Assembly (NCBI GenBank): GCA_002269645.1
Contig: NIVC01000413.1
Span: forward strand, 1 to 64,000
DNA from: Macrostomum lignano
Taxonomy: Eukaryota
Length of the DNA stretch: 64,000 nucleotides
Direction of reading: 5' to 3'
The position numbers and the translations under genes are program-made. This document shows, one piece after another, positions 24,426 to 35,421 of this stretch (positions are counted from its first letter, which is position 1; every line of letters starts with the position of its first letter). The notes under the pieces were generated by a model that saw only the letters and a program-made list of their open reading frames with translations, had not been told where the DNA came from and searched no databases.

Positions 24426-25045
24426 CATTATTGTTAATAGATTAATTTGATCTCCGAACATAACCATACATGCAGTTGACTCAAGCCAGACAAGAATAAA
24501 GATATTGTCAGGCACAAGTTGACCGCCGTCCTGTACCCAGTCCATTATTATAAGCACACAGGTTCACCTGCACCTGCAGGGCAGCTGTCAGCCATGATGT
24601 CCCGGAGATGAATATTGCAGGAGAGGATGGAGCGCCTGGCTCACTAATTAGTGTTAGGAGGCTGCAGCTGACAGCTCGCTAGGCAAGTCAAAGCGAACCA
24701 TGCAAAAGGGCTCAAAAGGAAAGCAGACAATGCATTCCCATAGCTGCTTTAGCAGCTCTACGTCAAATTAGTTTCTGCTTGCACTGAGTTTTCGAAAAGA
24801 ATTTATTGTGAGCGCTAATTGCATGCGCGTCCATCGCATCTGCAGCCGGAGTCTTGACCGAGACAAACTAAAGTTTACACAACCTCTTTTAGTGGGCAAA
24901 ATTTCAGGAAACTTATATAGGGCCACCTTTTGCTGATCGGGATTTTAATAACGAAAGTAAAAATATTGTTGAGAGCAGGAAGCAAACTATGTGTAGAAAA
25001 AAAGCAACAAGTTTTAGTAGCAAAGTTGCCGCGAGTGCAGGGAAT

Positions 25046-25600
25046 GTATGGCAGACTGAGCTTATGGCAGAGTGAACTTATGGCAGAGTGAACTTATGGC
25101 AGAGTAAACTTATGGCAGGGTGAACTTATGGCAGAGTGAGCTTATGGCAGAGTGAGCTTATGGCAGAGTGAACTTATGGCAGAGTAAACTTATGGCAGAG
25201 TGAGCTTATGGCAGAGTGAACTTATGGCAGAGTGAGCTTATGGCAGAGTGAACTTATGGCAGAGTGAACTTATGGCAGAGTGAACTTATGGCAGAGTGAG
25301 CTTATGGCAGAGTGAACTTATGGCAGAGTGAACTTATGACAGAGTGGACTTATGACAGAGTGAACTTATGGCAGAGTGAACTTATGACAGAGTGGACTTA
25401 TGGCAGAGTGAACTATTACGGAGTGAAATTATGGCAGAGTGAACTTATGGCAGAGTGAACTTATGGCAGAGTGAACTTATGATAGAGTGAACTTATGCCA
25501 GATTGAACTTATGATAGAGTGAACTATTACGGAGTGAACTTATAGCAGAGTGAGCTTATCGCAGTGCGGACTTTATGGCAGAGTGAGCTTATGGCAGGTG
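25046..25600. repeat. 16-bp minisatellite, about 33 copies
   Basis: Unit TTATGGCAGAGTGAAC. Confidence 0.95.
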
Positions 25601-25935
25601 AGGACGAAATTATTAAATAGTAAAATTGAGGATAGAGTGAACTTGGGACTGAGTGAACACCTATGGAAGAGTGAAGTTGATACAGAGTGGGCTAATAGAG
25701 GAACATCTTAACAGTCGAGGCTTAGCGCTCTGTCTTGACACAATAAATGAAAAAGTTTTATTGCAATACGAGCTTCGTTATCTGATAAACTAAAAAATGT
25801 CTATAACTACCCTAAGGTAATTACTTAGCGTCGTATAAATAACAAAAATTTCCTTAGCATACTACTTACGCGAGCTTTAAATACGTCACGTTAAGGACAG
25901 AGTCTTGTTGCACTCTATAAGCTACAGGCAGTCAG

Positions 25936-28900
25936 TCAGGCAGACAGGCCCAGAAGGCAGGCACTAGCAGCAAAAAGCATGGTTGCCATGGAAACCGGCT
26001 GCACCGCGGCGTCTGCGCCAGACTTGCTGCCGGCAATCTTCGGCTTCGTTGACGACTTGTCGCTCTCCGCCCCCCGGTTGCTGCTCTCAACGGATGCTTT
26101 GGCCACCTCCATGGATGGCGGCGGCGGTGGCAGCTCCACCTTCTCCATCAGGATTGGCGCTTGCGTTGGAGCGGGGGCGACTGAACCGCCGCTGCCACCG
26201 CCGCCGCTGCCGCTGCCGCCGCCGCTGCCGCCGCTGCTGCCACCGCTGCTGCCGCTGCTGCCGCCGCCGCTGCCGCCGCCGCCGCTGCCGCCGCCGCCGC
26301 TGCCGCCGCCGCTGTTGAGGCTGCCAACGTTAAGATTGCACAGGTCGTGGCTGCAGTATTGGCAGTCCTTCCACTTCAGTTTGGGGCAGTGCGACTGGCA
26401 GCCTGTGAGGATGTGCTGAAATTGTGCGGCATGTTGCCGACTTTAACCACTGTGACTCTCTCAGAACCCCTCGACTTTAACCACTGTGACTCTCTCAGAA
26501 CCCCTCGACTTTAACCTCTGTGACTCTCTCAGAACCCCTCGACTTTAACCTCTGTGACTCTCTCAGAACCCCTCGACTTTAACCTCTGTGACTCTCTCAG
26601 ATCCCCGACTTTAACCTCTGTGACTCTCCTGATCAGATCCCCGTCTTTAACCTCTGTGACTCTCTCAGATTCCCCGACTTTAACCTCTGTGACTCTCTCA
26701 GATCCCGCGACTTTAACCTCTGTGACTCTCTCAGATCCCGCGACTTTAACCTCTGTGACTCTCTCAGTCCCCCCCCCCCGACTTTAACCTCTGTGACTCC
26801 CCCAGATTCCCCGACTTTAACCTCTGTGACTCTCCTGATCAGATCCCCGTCTTTAACCTCTGTGACTCTCTCAGATTCCCCGACTTTAACCTCTGTGACT
26901 CTCTCAGATCCCGCGACTTTAACCTCTGTGACTCTCTCAGATCCCGCGACTTTAACCTCTGTGACTCTCTCAGTCCCCCCCCCGACTTTAACCTCTGTGA
27001 CTCCCCAGATTCCCCGACTTTAACCTCTGTGACTCTCTCAGTCCCCCCCCCCCCCGACTTTAACCTCTGTGACTCCCCCAGATTCCCCGACTTTAACCTC
27101 TGTGACTCCCCCAGATTCCCCGACTTTAACCTCTGTGACTCCCCCAGATCCCGCGACTTTAACCTCTGTGACTCTCTCAGTCCCCCCCCCCGACTTTAAC
27201 CTCTGTGACTCCCCCAGATCCCGCGACTTTAACCTCTGTGACTCTCTCAGTCCCCCCCCCCCCCCCGACTTTAACCTCTGTGACTCCCCCAGATTCCCCG
27301 ACTTTAACCTCTGTGACTCTCTCAGTCCCCCTTCGACTTTAATCTAGCTGTGACTCTCTCAGATCCTTTATATCACCAGAGCCTCTTTTTATCAAGTGGA
27401 TCACAACCCATCGCTAGCACCTCGAGCTCCCTGCAGCTCGTATCTCATGCAGCAACCGAGCTCACATCAGCATCAGAGGGATTCCTGCTGTAAGTACAAT
27501 TCTGCTCCTTCGGGCAGTACACGGGTATCGGCAGCGGGCCTTTAGGTGTAATGAGCGAGTTGTAGCACAGCTTGAGCTTGGAGACGCTTGGCTTCAGATC
27601 GCTGCCGTATTTGCTATTGCACTTATCTGTCTTGCACTCTTGGCATTCGACAACTTTATTGTCAAAGCTGCCGCATTTTCCGCAGCCAAAGTAAAGCTCC
27701 TGGCGGGGGTTGGGTTTCAAGCGAGAATGAGCTTCATGTAATAAGAGATGTATGTCCCTGTCAAGACAGAGGAGTGAATTAATTCTCACAAAAAATCCCG
27801 GATCAGAATCCCAGTTGGTGCGCCGTTTCTCAACGCACAGCTCCGTCTTGTCTTTGGTAGTGCAGGTTGGCGAACTGGTTGGAAACTCGCCCGTGACAGT
27901 TGTGTGATTGCCTTCGTAACATGTGAGTGCGGCAGTGGTCTGCGCTAGGCCTGCGATGGTGTTGGAGATGCAAGGCACCATTGTCGTAGTGTGCTGCATA
28001 TGCATGCAAATATTTCTAAAGACCTGTGAACTTAAACTTAAGTGGAGCCGCAGTTGTGATAGCTTGGCCTGCGTGCGCGCTGGGGGCGGGGCTAGGTTGA
28101 GTTGTTTTGATCTCTCTCTCTCTCTCTCTCTCGCTGCATGTACTTGCTAGCGCGGGTTGGGGGTGCGGTGAGTATGCCGATCAATATCAAATAGTTTAAT
28201 ATAAAGCAGGCTTTTTAGCCGGTAAAGTTTTTCGTGCTTTTGAGCCAAAATAAAGTTTTGTCTTGACTTTATTTCACTGGCGACGAGGATGGCCACTGGG
28301 CCACTGTGTAGCATAGGGCCGTTTGAGCCTGAGACGGAGGACTGGTCGCAATACAAGGAGCGCATTGAACAAGTGTTCATTGCAAACGAAATCGAAAGCG
28401 AAGAGAAGAAGCGAGCGGTGTTCCTCAGCGTGTGCGGCAAGGACACCTATAGGCTTGTCACCAGTCTTCTGGCCCCAGTTAAGCCTTCAGAGGCTTCCTT
28501 CGCTAACATCTGCAAAAAGCTTGACGATCAATGGGACCCAAAGCCGTCAGAGATCGTGCAAAGGTTCCACTTCTACCAGCGCGTTCGAGCGAGCTCGGAG
28601 TCCGTGGCCGACTTCCTGGCGGCACTGCGGCGTTTGGCTGTCAACTGCAACTTCGGTAACAGCTTGAGCACCATGCTGAGAGATCGTCTGGTGCTTGGCA
28701 TCCAGGATGATCGCATACAGCGCAGACTCCTGTCCGAGACAGAGTTGGACCTGGACAGAGCACTGGCGATCTCCCAGGCGGTGGAGCTGGCAACCAAGGG
28801 CTGCAACTTGGTCAAGGGCTCGTCCTCAGGAACTCCGCAAGCCACCTCGGCAGCATCGGTAGACCAAGTCGGCCAGACCAATGCGGTGGCGACTCAGCGA

Positions 28901-31900
28901 CCTGCGAAAAGGTGCTACAGGTGTCTGTCAGCGAAACACCTGGCGGCGAAGTGCCCATTCATGAAGAAGGCCTGTTTCAAGTGCGGCAAGATGGGGCACA
29001 CCGCTGCAGCCTGTCGAGGAGGCGCGGATTCGGATGGAGCTGAGCCGCGGTCGCAAGTCGCCGCTGTGGAGGAGGATAGCCAAGACTGCGGCTCCCTGAA
29101 CACCTTGCCCAGTGCAGCTGCCAAGGTACCGCCGTACATCACCACGGTCCTGCTCAACGGAGTGTCCTGCCAGATGGAGATCGACACGGGCGCGGCGGTA
29201 TCGCTGATTTCGGCTAGAGTCTATCACGACCTGCTGGGCGGGGCTCCTGAGCTCGAGCGGACCCCGATTCGACTGCGGAACTACTGTGGACAGCCGGTCA
29301 GCGTACTCGGTCAGATCAGCGTGTCTGCAGAGATTCCAGGTAAAGCCAAGCAGCTTCTTCCTCTTCTAGTGGTATCTGGATCCGGGTCCAGCCTCATCGG
29401 TAGGAACTGGCTGGCTGTGCTGCCGTTGAATTGGGGAAGCGTCAAGCAGCTGCCCGAAGCGTCGGCTCCAAAGGATCAGCAAGTGCACAAGTTGCTAGAG
29501 AGGTTCAGCCCCGTTTTCTCGAGTGGCCTCGGCTGCTACACGGGTGAACCTCTGAAACTGCGAGTGAAGCCCGGGGCGCGACCCAAGTTCATGAAGGCGC
29601 GGCAGGTACCTTTCGCTTTGAAGTCCAAAGTGGAAGAGCAGCTCGAGCGGGAGATCCAGCAGGGCATTCTGCGGCCGGTCTCCGATTCGGAGTATGCGTC
29701 CCCAATCGTGCCGGTGCTGAAGTCGGACGGCTCCGTCAGAATCTGCGCAGATTTCAAGTGCACGCGGTAAACCAGGACGTGGAGATGGACTGCTACCCGC
29801 TGCCAAGGATTGAGGAGTTGTTCGCCAAGCTCACCGGCGGTCAAAAGTTCACCAAGCTGGACCTCAGCCAGGCAAACATGCAGCTTCCGCTCGACGAAGA
29901 GTCTCAGCGCTTGTGCACCATCAACACCTCGAAGGGTTTGCTGAGGTATACAAGGCTACCGTTTGGAATCTCACCAGCAGTTGGAATCTTCCAGAGAACC
30001 ATGGACGGCCTACTGCATGGTGCACAGCATACGGCAACCTTTATTGATGACGTGTTGGTGACCGGCGCCGATGACGCTGAGCACCTCGAGAATCTGGAGA
30101 CCGTCCTGCAGCGCCTGAAGGATGCCGGGCTGAAGTGCCGGCTTGACAAATGCCGCTTCATGGAGAATTCGGTGACCTATTTGGGGCATCGGATTGACGC
30201 CCAGGGCCTACATCCGATGAGTGAAAAAGTTAACGCGATCGTTGACGCGCCGATTACAAAGGACGTCACGCAGTTGCGCAGTTTCTTGGGCCTCCTCAAC
30301 TATTACGGCCGGTTTCTGCCGAACCTGTCCAGCGTTCTGGCTCCTCTGCACCGGCTTCTCGAGAAAGGAACTGTCTGGCGATGGGGCGAAGCGCAGTCCG
30401 ATGCTTTCCGGCGCAGCAAGGAGCTGCTATTGAGCTCGCAGGCGCTTGTCCATTTCGACGTCAAAAAGGAGGTGATTCTGGAGTGTGATAGTTCGCCATA
30501 CGGGGTCGGGGCCGTTATCTGCCACCGGATTGATGGCCTTGAAAGGCCGATTGCCTTCGCGTCCCGATCGCTCGCCGACGCCGAGAGGAACTATTCGCAG
30601 ACAGAGAAGGAAGCCCTGGCGATCATTTTTGGGATCAAGCACTTCCACGCCTACCTCTATGGCAAAACCTTTGAGCTCAAGAGCGACCACAAGCCGCTAC
30701 TGGGCCTGCTACACGAGAGCAAGGCCATTCCACCACTGGCTTCGGCTAGGATCCAGCGTTGGGCTCTGCTGCTTTCGAACTACTCGTATCGACTGCAGTA
30801 TCGCAAGGGAACTTCGCTACTGCGGGCTGACGCTCTGAGTCGGCTGTCGCTGCCGACGAAGTCAGTGGAGACGCCGTCACCAGCTGAGGTAGTGCTGCTC
30901 ATCGATGCGTTCAATGAGGGACCCGTGACGGCTGCTCAGGTTTGCGGCTGGACAAGAAGGGACCCGCTGCTCAGTCGAGTGCTGCGGCTCGTGCAAGGTG
31001 GATGGCCGGAGCGTCCTCGGCTGGATGCAGTTAGGGCGGCAGAGCTGAGCTTGGAGGACGGCTGCCTGCTGTGGGGCAACCGTGTGATTGTGCCGGTTCA
31101 GGGTCGACAAGCACTGCTCGATTGTCTACATCAGAGCCACCAAGGAGCTTCTAGGATGAAGTCTCTGGCCCGAGGATATTTCTGGTGGCCGGGATTGGAC
31201 CGGGACATCGAGAAGCTGTCGCAGAACTGCGGCGAGTGCCAGCGTCATCAGAACTGCCCGCCGCCAGCCCTCCTGCAGCCGTGGCCGTGGCCGGACAAGC
31301 CGTGGTCCCGGATCCACATGGACTACGCTGGACCAGTCGAGGGAAAAATGCTGTTAGTACTGGTGGACGCTCATTCAAAAATGGATTGAAGTCCACATTT
31401 GCCAGTCCGCCACCAGTGCTGCCACCATCGATCGGCTAAGGACTTTCAGTCAGCTGGGACTGCCTGAGGTCGTAGTGAGCGACAACGGTCCGAATTTCGT
31501 GAGCCAAGAGATGAACAACTTCTTGGCCAGTAACGGCATCCGGCATATCAAAGTGGCTCCATATCATCCATCGTCCAACGGATTGGCCGAGCGAGCGGTC
31601 CAGACGGTGAAGGCGGCCCTGGCGAAGGGGCGGCCGGCGTCCCTGCAGTTTCGGCTAGCTCGGTTCCTGCTGACCTACCGGGTCACTCCGCACAGCACAA
31701 CTGGTGCTCCACCCTGCCAGCTGATGATGGGCAGGCAGCTGCGGACGCTTCTAGACATTGTGCGGCCCGATGTCTCGGCTACAGTCAGGCGCAGCCAGGA
31801 CTCGTAAAAGGAGTACCACGACCTGCGAGCCAGGGATCGCAACTTCGAAGAAGGCGACGGTGTCCTGGTGCGCGACTTCAACGGTCCGGAGAAGTGGGCG

Positions 31901-32956
31901 CCGGCCTCCGTGAGCCGCCAGACCGGGCCGCTGTCCTACGAGTGCCGCCTGCCCGACGAGCGCATCGTGCGGCGGCATGCCGACCACCTGGTGCCGGCGA
32001 CAATCTCACCTGAGCAAGCGGCAGGATCGGCTCAGTCAGGTGGGGCGGCGCCACAGCTTCTGACTCCGTCGGTGACAACGTCTGAAGCGCCACCGCCGCC
32101 GCTGCCGCCGCTGCTGCCGCCCCCGATGCTGCGGCGTTCGGAGAGGACTACAAGGGCACCGGATCGACTGACCTACGAGTGAACTTGATCTGACAAAGAC
32201 TGACAGTTTTTTGGGTGTTGGGTTTTTCTTTTTTGTTGCAAGTTCTGTTGCTTTTGTCTTGGCATGGAGGGATGTGATAGCTTGGCTTGCGTGCGCGCTG
32301 GGGGCGGGGCTAGGTTGAGTTGTTTTGATCTCTCTCTCTCTCTCTCTCTCTCGCTGCATGTACTTGCTAGCGCGGGTTGGGGGTGCGGTGAGTATGCCGA
32401 TCAATATCAAATAGTTTAATATAAAGCAGGCTTTTTAGCCGGTAAAGTTTTTCGTGCTTTTGAGCCAAAATAAAGTTTTGTCTTGACTAACCTATGTACT
32501 CAAATGATACGTCATTCTGCTCACAGTGACACCAGGAAGCTGGGTTTGGCTTTTACCACATCCAGCGCGCGCTGAGCACAAGCGCACCAATACTGCACGC
32601 AGACACGCACTAATACACGCTCACACGGGGTGTACAGCGGCCCTGACTTTCTAATCGTCAGGCATGTGTACACTCTGACCCCTGGGGGGTGAGGCTCTGC
32701 GCCTTCGAGTCCTCTGACTTGCTGCATAATTTGGCTCAAGAATATACGCAGACTTTAATTATGGTAGTGGACCCTCGTAGACACGAGAACGTACATGTGT
32801 ATATGTACATCAGGCCGTAATAACACTAATTTAGTGGATTGAGATACTCGAAGTTTCTTAGTAGACAGATATTACATGCACGTGAAAATAGATTTAAACA
32901 TGTTGTTACTTACCGAGTACCACAGCCAGCAGTAGCGAGACGGCCAGATTCCACAT
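25936..32956 (-). CDS. Secreted, GPI-anchored Ly6/uPAR-like (three-finger-type) protein with two Cys-rich domains and a Gly/Ser linker (about 305 aa); exons 32956-32914, 27950-27790, 27699-27466, 26415-25936
   Basis: Signal peptide MWNLAVSLLLAVVLG|LAQTTAA, then LTCYEG...CQECKTDKCN and LCYN...CQYCSHDLCN, a (GGGS)n tract and a hydrophobic C-terminal tail. Splice phases are consistent. Confidence 0.8.
26440..27360. repeat. ~33-34-bp minisatellite, about 27 copies, Ly6-like intron 3
   Basis: Unit CGACTTTAACCTCTGTGACTCTCTCAGA(A/T)CCCC. Confidence 0.95.
28055..28276 (+). repeat. 5' LTR (TG...CA, 222 bp)
   Basis: Matches 32273-32488 except for one substitution and one CT unit. Confidence 0.95.
28278..28292 (+). 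promoter_or_regulatory. Primer-binding site, complementary to the 3' end of tRNA-Ser(GCU)
   Basis: TGGCGACGAGGATGG is the reverse complement of ...CCATCCTCGTCG-CCA, the 3' end of animal tRNA-Ser(GCU) as recalled. It overlaps the gag ATG at 28289. Confidence 0.75.
28289..32182 (+). pseudogene. Gypsy gag-pol polyprotein, disrupted by +2 (~29765), +1 (~31380) and a premature TAA (31805)
   Basis: Two CCHC knuckles, protease IDTGAAVS, RT KLDLSQA/FIDD, RNase H CDSSPYGVGAV, and integrase H-H-C-C, MDYAG, SDNGP and SNGLAERAV. Confidence 0.95.
32273..32488 (+). repeat. 3' LTR, lacking the terminal 8 nt (TTATTTCA)
   Basis: Identity with the 5' LTR stops at TCTTGACT. Confidence 0.93.
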
Positions 32957-33224
32957 TGATGATAGCAATTAGATAAACAGACGACGATACTTCAACTTCT
33001 TACTAAATGTTACAATTCAGTGGAGAGCTTTAACTTAAGTCAGTTACAGACAGTTAGACTCAAAAAAACAAATAATTCCATAGACAAGTCCTAAGCGGTT
33101 CTTCAAGTTGCAATTGTAAAAGCACTTTTGCTATCAATAAGTGCAGCGCCTTGAAAGATATATTTGAAATCTTCAGTTCAGAACGTCAATTGTCACATAC
33201 GGTTGAGTTCCCATTACGGTTCAA

Positions 33225-33770
33225 CAACTGAGGATTTGGGAGGCTGGCCCAGCAACTGAGGATCTGGGTAGCTGGCACAGTAACGAGGATCTGGGAGGCT
33301 GGCACAGTAACTGAGGATCTGGGTGGCTGCCCTAGCAACTGAGGATTTGGGAGGCTGGCCCAGCAACTGAGGATCTGGGTAGCTGGCACAGTAGCTGAGA
33401 ATCTGGGTGGCTGCCCTAGCAACTGAGGATTTGGGAGGCTGGCCCAGCAACTGAGGATCTGGGTGGCTGGCCTAGCAACTGGGGATCTGGGTAGCTGGCA
33501 CAGCAACTGAGGATCTGGGTAGCTGGCACAGCAACTGAGGATCTGGGAGGCTGGCCCAACAACTGAGGAACTGAGTAGCTGGCACAGCAACTGAGGATCT
33601 GGGTAGCTGGCACAGTAACTGAGGATCTGGGTGGCTGCCCTAGCAACTGAGGATCTGGGAGGCTGGTCCATCAACTGAGGATATGGGAGGCTGGCACAGC
33701 AACTGAGTATCTGGGTGGCTGGCCAAGCAATTAAGGATCTGGGAGGCTGGCCCAGCAACTAAGAATCTAG
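33225..33770 (-). repeat. 28-bp minisatellite, inverted relative of the 14633 array
   Basis: Unit GGCTGGCCCAGCAACTGAGGATCTGGG. Confidence 0.93.
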
Positions 33771-34245
33771 GCATAAATGTCGAAAAGCATAGTTAAATTA
33801 GTTGACATTCCATCTCCAGTGAATAAAATATGAACTGATTTGTAAAGATGAAATTACAATAGCAAACAGCAATAGGCTTGGCTGACAGTTTTGAATCTAG
33901 CATTAATCGAATAGGCGCTTAAATTTGTAATTAATTAAATTAATTACGTAATAATGGCAATCAGAAAGGCTACGTTAAAAAATTAATGACCACACTGGCT
34001 CAGTAAAACAAATCTTTTGGAAAACAACAACAAGCGCTAACTAAAAGCGGGTAACAATCCTGACTATTCTTGCTTTGTCATAATTAGTACATCATATAAT
34101 ATAAATTCTGTGTTTTTAGACACGTCACTAACGAAAATTCCGTTGTCTGAATCCAACTGTAGAAGGCAGGATATTAGATCTTAGAAGATACAAGAGATGT
34201 GCGTTGCTCGTAAACAATCAAGCCTGGAGGATCAAGCGTTGCTAA

Positions 34246-35421
34246 CTAGACACTAGCGCCGCCATTCAGCAAAAGAGTTATAATACGCTGAGCATTTTCC
34301 ACCAGCCCCGCAGTCGGATTGCAACTGGGCGACGGCAACTGTCTGGCGACAACATCCAACCGATTAGCGGAGGCCAGCCGAAGCAGCAATTGGTCAACGC
34401 TGGTGCAGCGAGACACATCGCGCGGCGACAGGGCCTGCTGGGCCAGCGCCTCGGATGACAGACGGTCCAAGCTCAGCCAATCGGAGCTGGCAGCCTCGGA
34501 CAGATAAGAATGCAGAGATTGCAGCTGCGATGACAGGGTCTCGCTAACAGATGGTTGAGATTGCTGCTGCTGCTGCTTTTGCCGCACATGTCTTTCGCTG
34601 GTACAGTGATCTGTTACTGCTTTCAAACCACTGAGAAGCTTATTATTGCAAAGCTGACAATTGTATTGATATCTTGCTTGATCTTTAACTTTAATATAGG
34701 GATCGTCTATGCCAGGCCAAGAAGCTGCTTCTGCTGCTGCTCCTGGTGATGCAACAGATATAGCGACAGAAGCAGCTAAATCGGAATTCAACGTATTGAA
34801 GCCAGCCTGCTGTTGTTGTCGCTGTTGCAAATTTTTCCTGTGCTTAGTACCGTTCAAGTGCTGATCATAATTATCTTTACCAGAAACTGACAATTTGCAG
34901 ACGTCACAATGGAACTGCGTCGTTTGTTGCGAGTCTTTATTTAAGCCTTTTGAATGCTGCTGACCATTTAAGTGAGTTTGCCAATTCATCGGTCCACCTG
35001 GGACACTGCAATCACAAGTTGAGCAGTAGCTTGTCTGCGTGTTATCTTGAGGCTGGGGCACGCTTTGCTGCGGCTGGGGCACGCTTTGCTGCAGCTGAGG
35101 CACGCTTTGCTGCGGCTGGGGCACGCTTTGCTGCGGCTGGGGCACGCTTTGCTGCGGCTGGGGCACGCTTTGCTGCGGCTGACTCAACCTTTCCAGGTGC
35201 TTCAGATGTTCCAAGTAAGGTAAATATTCAAGATAGTTTAGATTCTCTTGACGATTTTTAGACTGCTGTTGCTGTGGTTGTTGTTGCTGCTGCTGCTGTT
35301 GTTGGAATGCAGCTGCAGCTCTATTCTTGTGCTTTTGACTCGCATTGTGCTGCGCCATTGACAAATCGCTATTGCAGGGAACCTGGCAAATCTCACAGTA
35401 GTAGTTGCTTGCGGTGGCCAT
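34246..35421 (-). CDS. Intronless matrin/U1-type (ZNF385/JAZ-like) C2H2 zinc-finger protein with poly-Q (about 391 aa)
   Basis: Four C-x2-C-x12/14-H-x5-H fingers (CEIC, CSTC, CDVC, CQLC). First ATG is at 35421; the ORF-track start at 35466 is GTG. Contains a 21-bp QQSVPQP coding repeat. Confidence 0.85.
   Translation of the reverse strand: MATASNYYCEICQVPCNSDLSMAQHNASQKHKNRAAAAFQQQQQQQQQPQQQQSKNRQENLNYLEYLPYLEHLKHLERLSQPQQSVPQPQQSVPQPQQSVPQPQQSVPQLQQSVPQPQQSVPQPQDNTQTSYCSTCDCSVPGGPMNWQTHLNGQQHSKGLNKDSQQTTQFHCDVCKLSVSGKDNYDQHLNGTKHRKNLQQRQQQQAGFNTLNSDLAASVAISVASPGAAAEAASWPGIDDPYIKVKDQARYQYNCQLCNNKLLSGLKAVTDHCTSERHVRQKQQQQQSQPSVSETLSSQLQSLHSYLSEAASSDWLSLDRLSSEALAQQALSPRDVSRCTSVDQLLLRLASANRLDVVARQLPSPSCNPTAGLVENAQRIITLLLNGGASV

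Larger units (their letters stand above)
28055..32488 (+). mobile_element. Ty3/Gypsy LTR retrotransposon (Mag/K02A2.6-like), recent, non-autonomous, inserted antisense in intron 1 of the Ly6-like gene
   Basis: Near-identical LTRs, PBS, PPT (GGAGGGA 32266-32272) and a gag-PR-RT-RH-IN domain order. Confidence 0.96.

Noticed and set aside
26190-26312. Similarity of the CCGCCGCTG tract to Gypsy 32090-32125
   Set aside because: Both are low-complexity GC triplet sequence, with no flanking homology.
27700-27789. In-frame 90-nt segment translated in the 27445-28005 ORF
   Set aside because: It has canonical GTGAGA...CCAG ends and interrupts the Cys domain, so it is treated as an intron.
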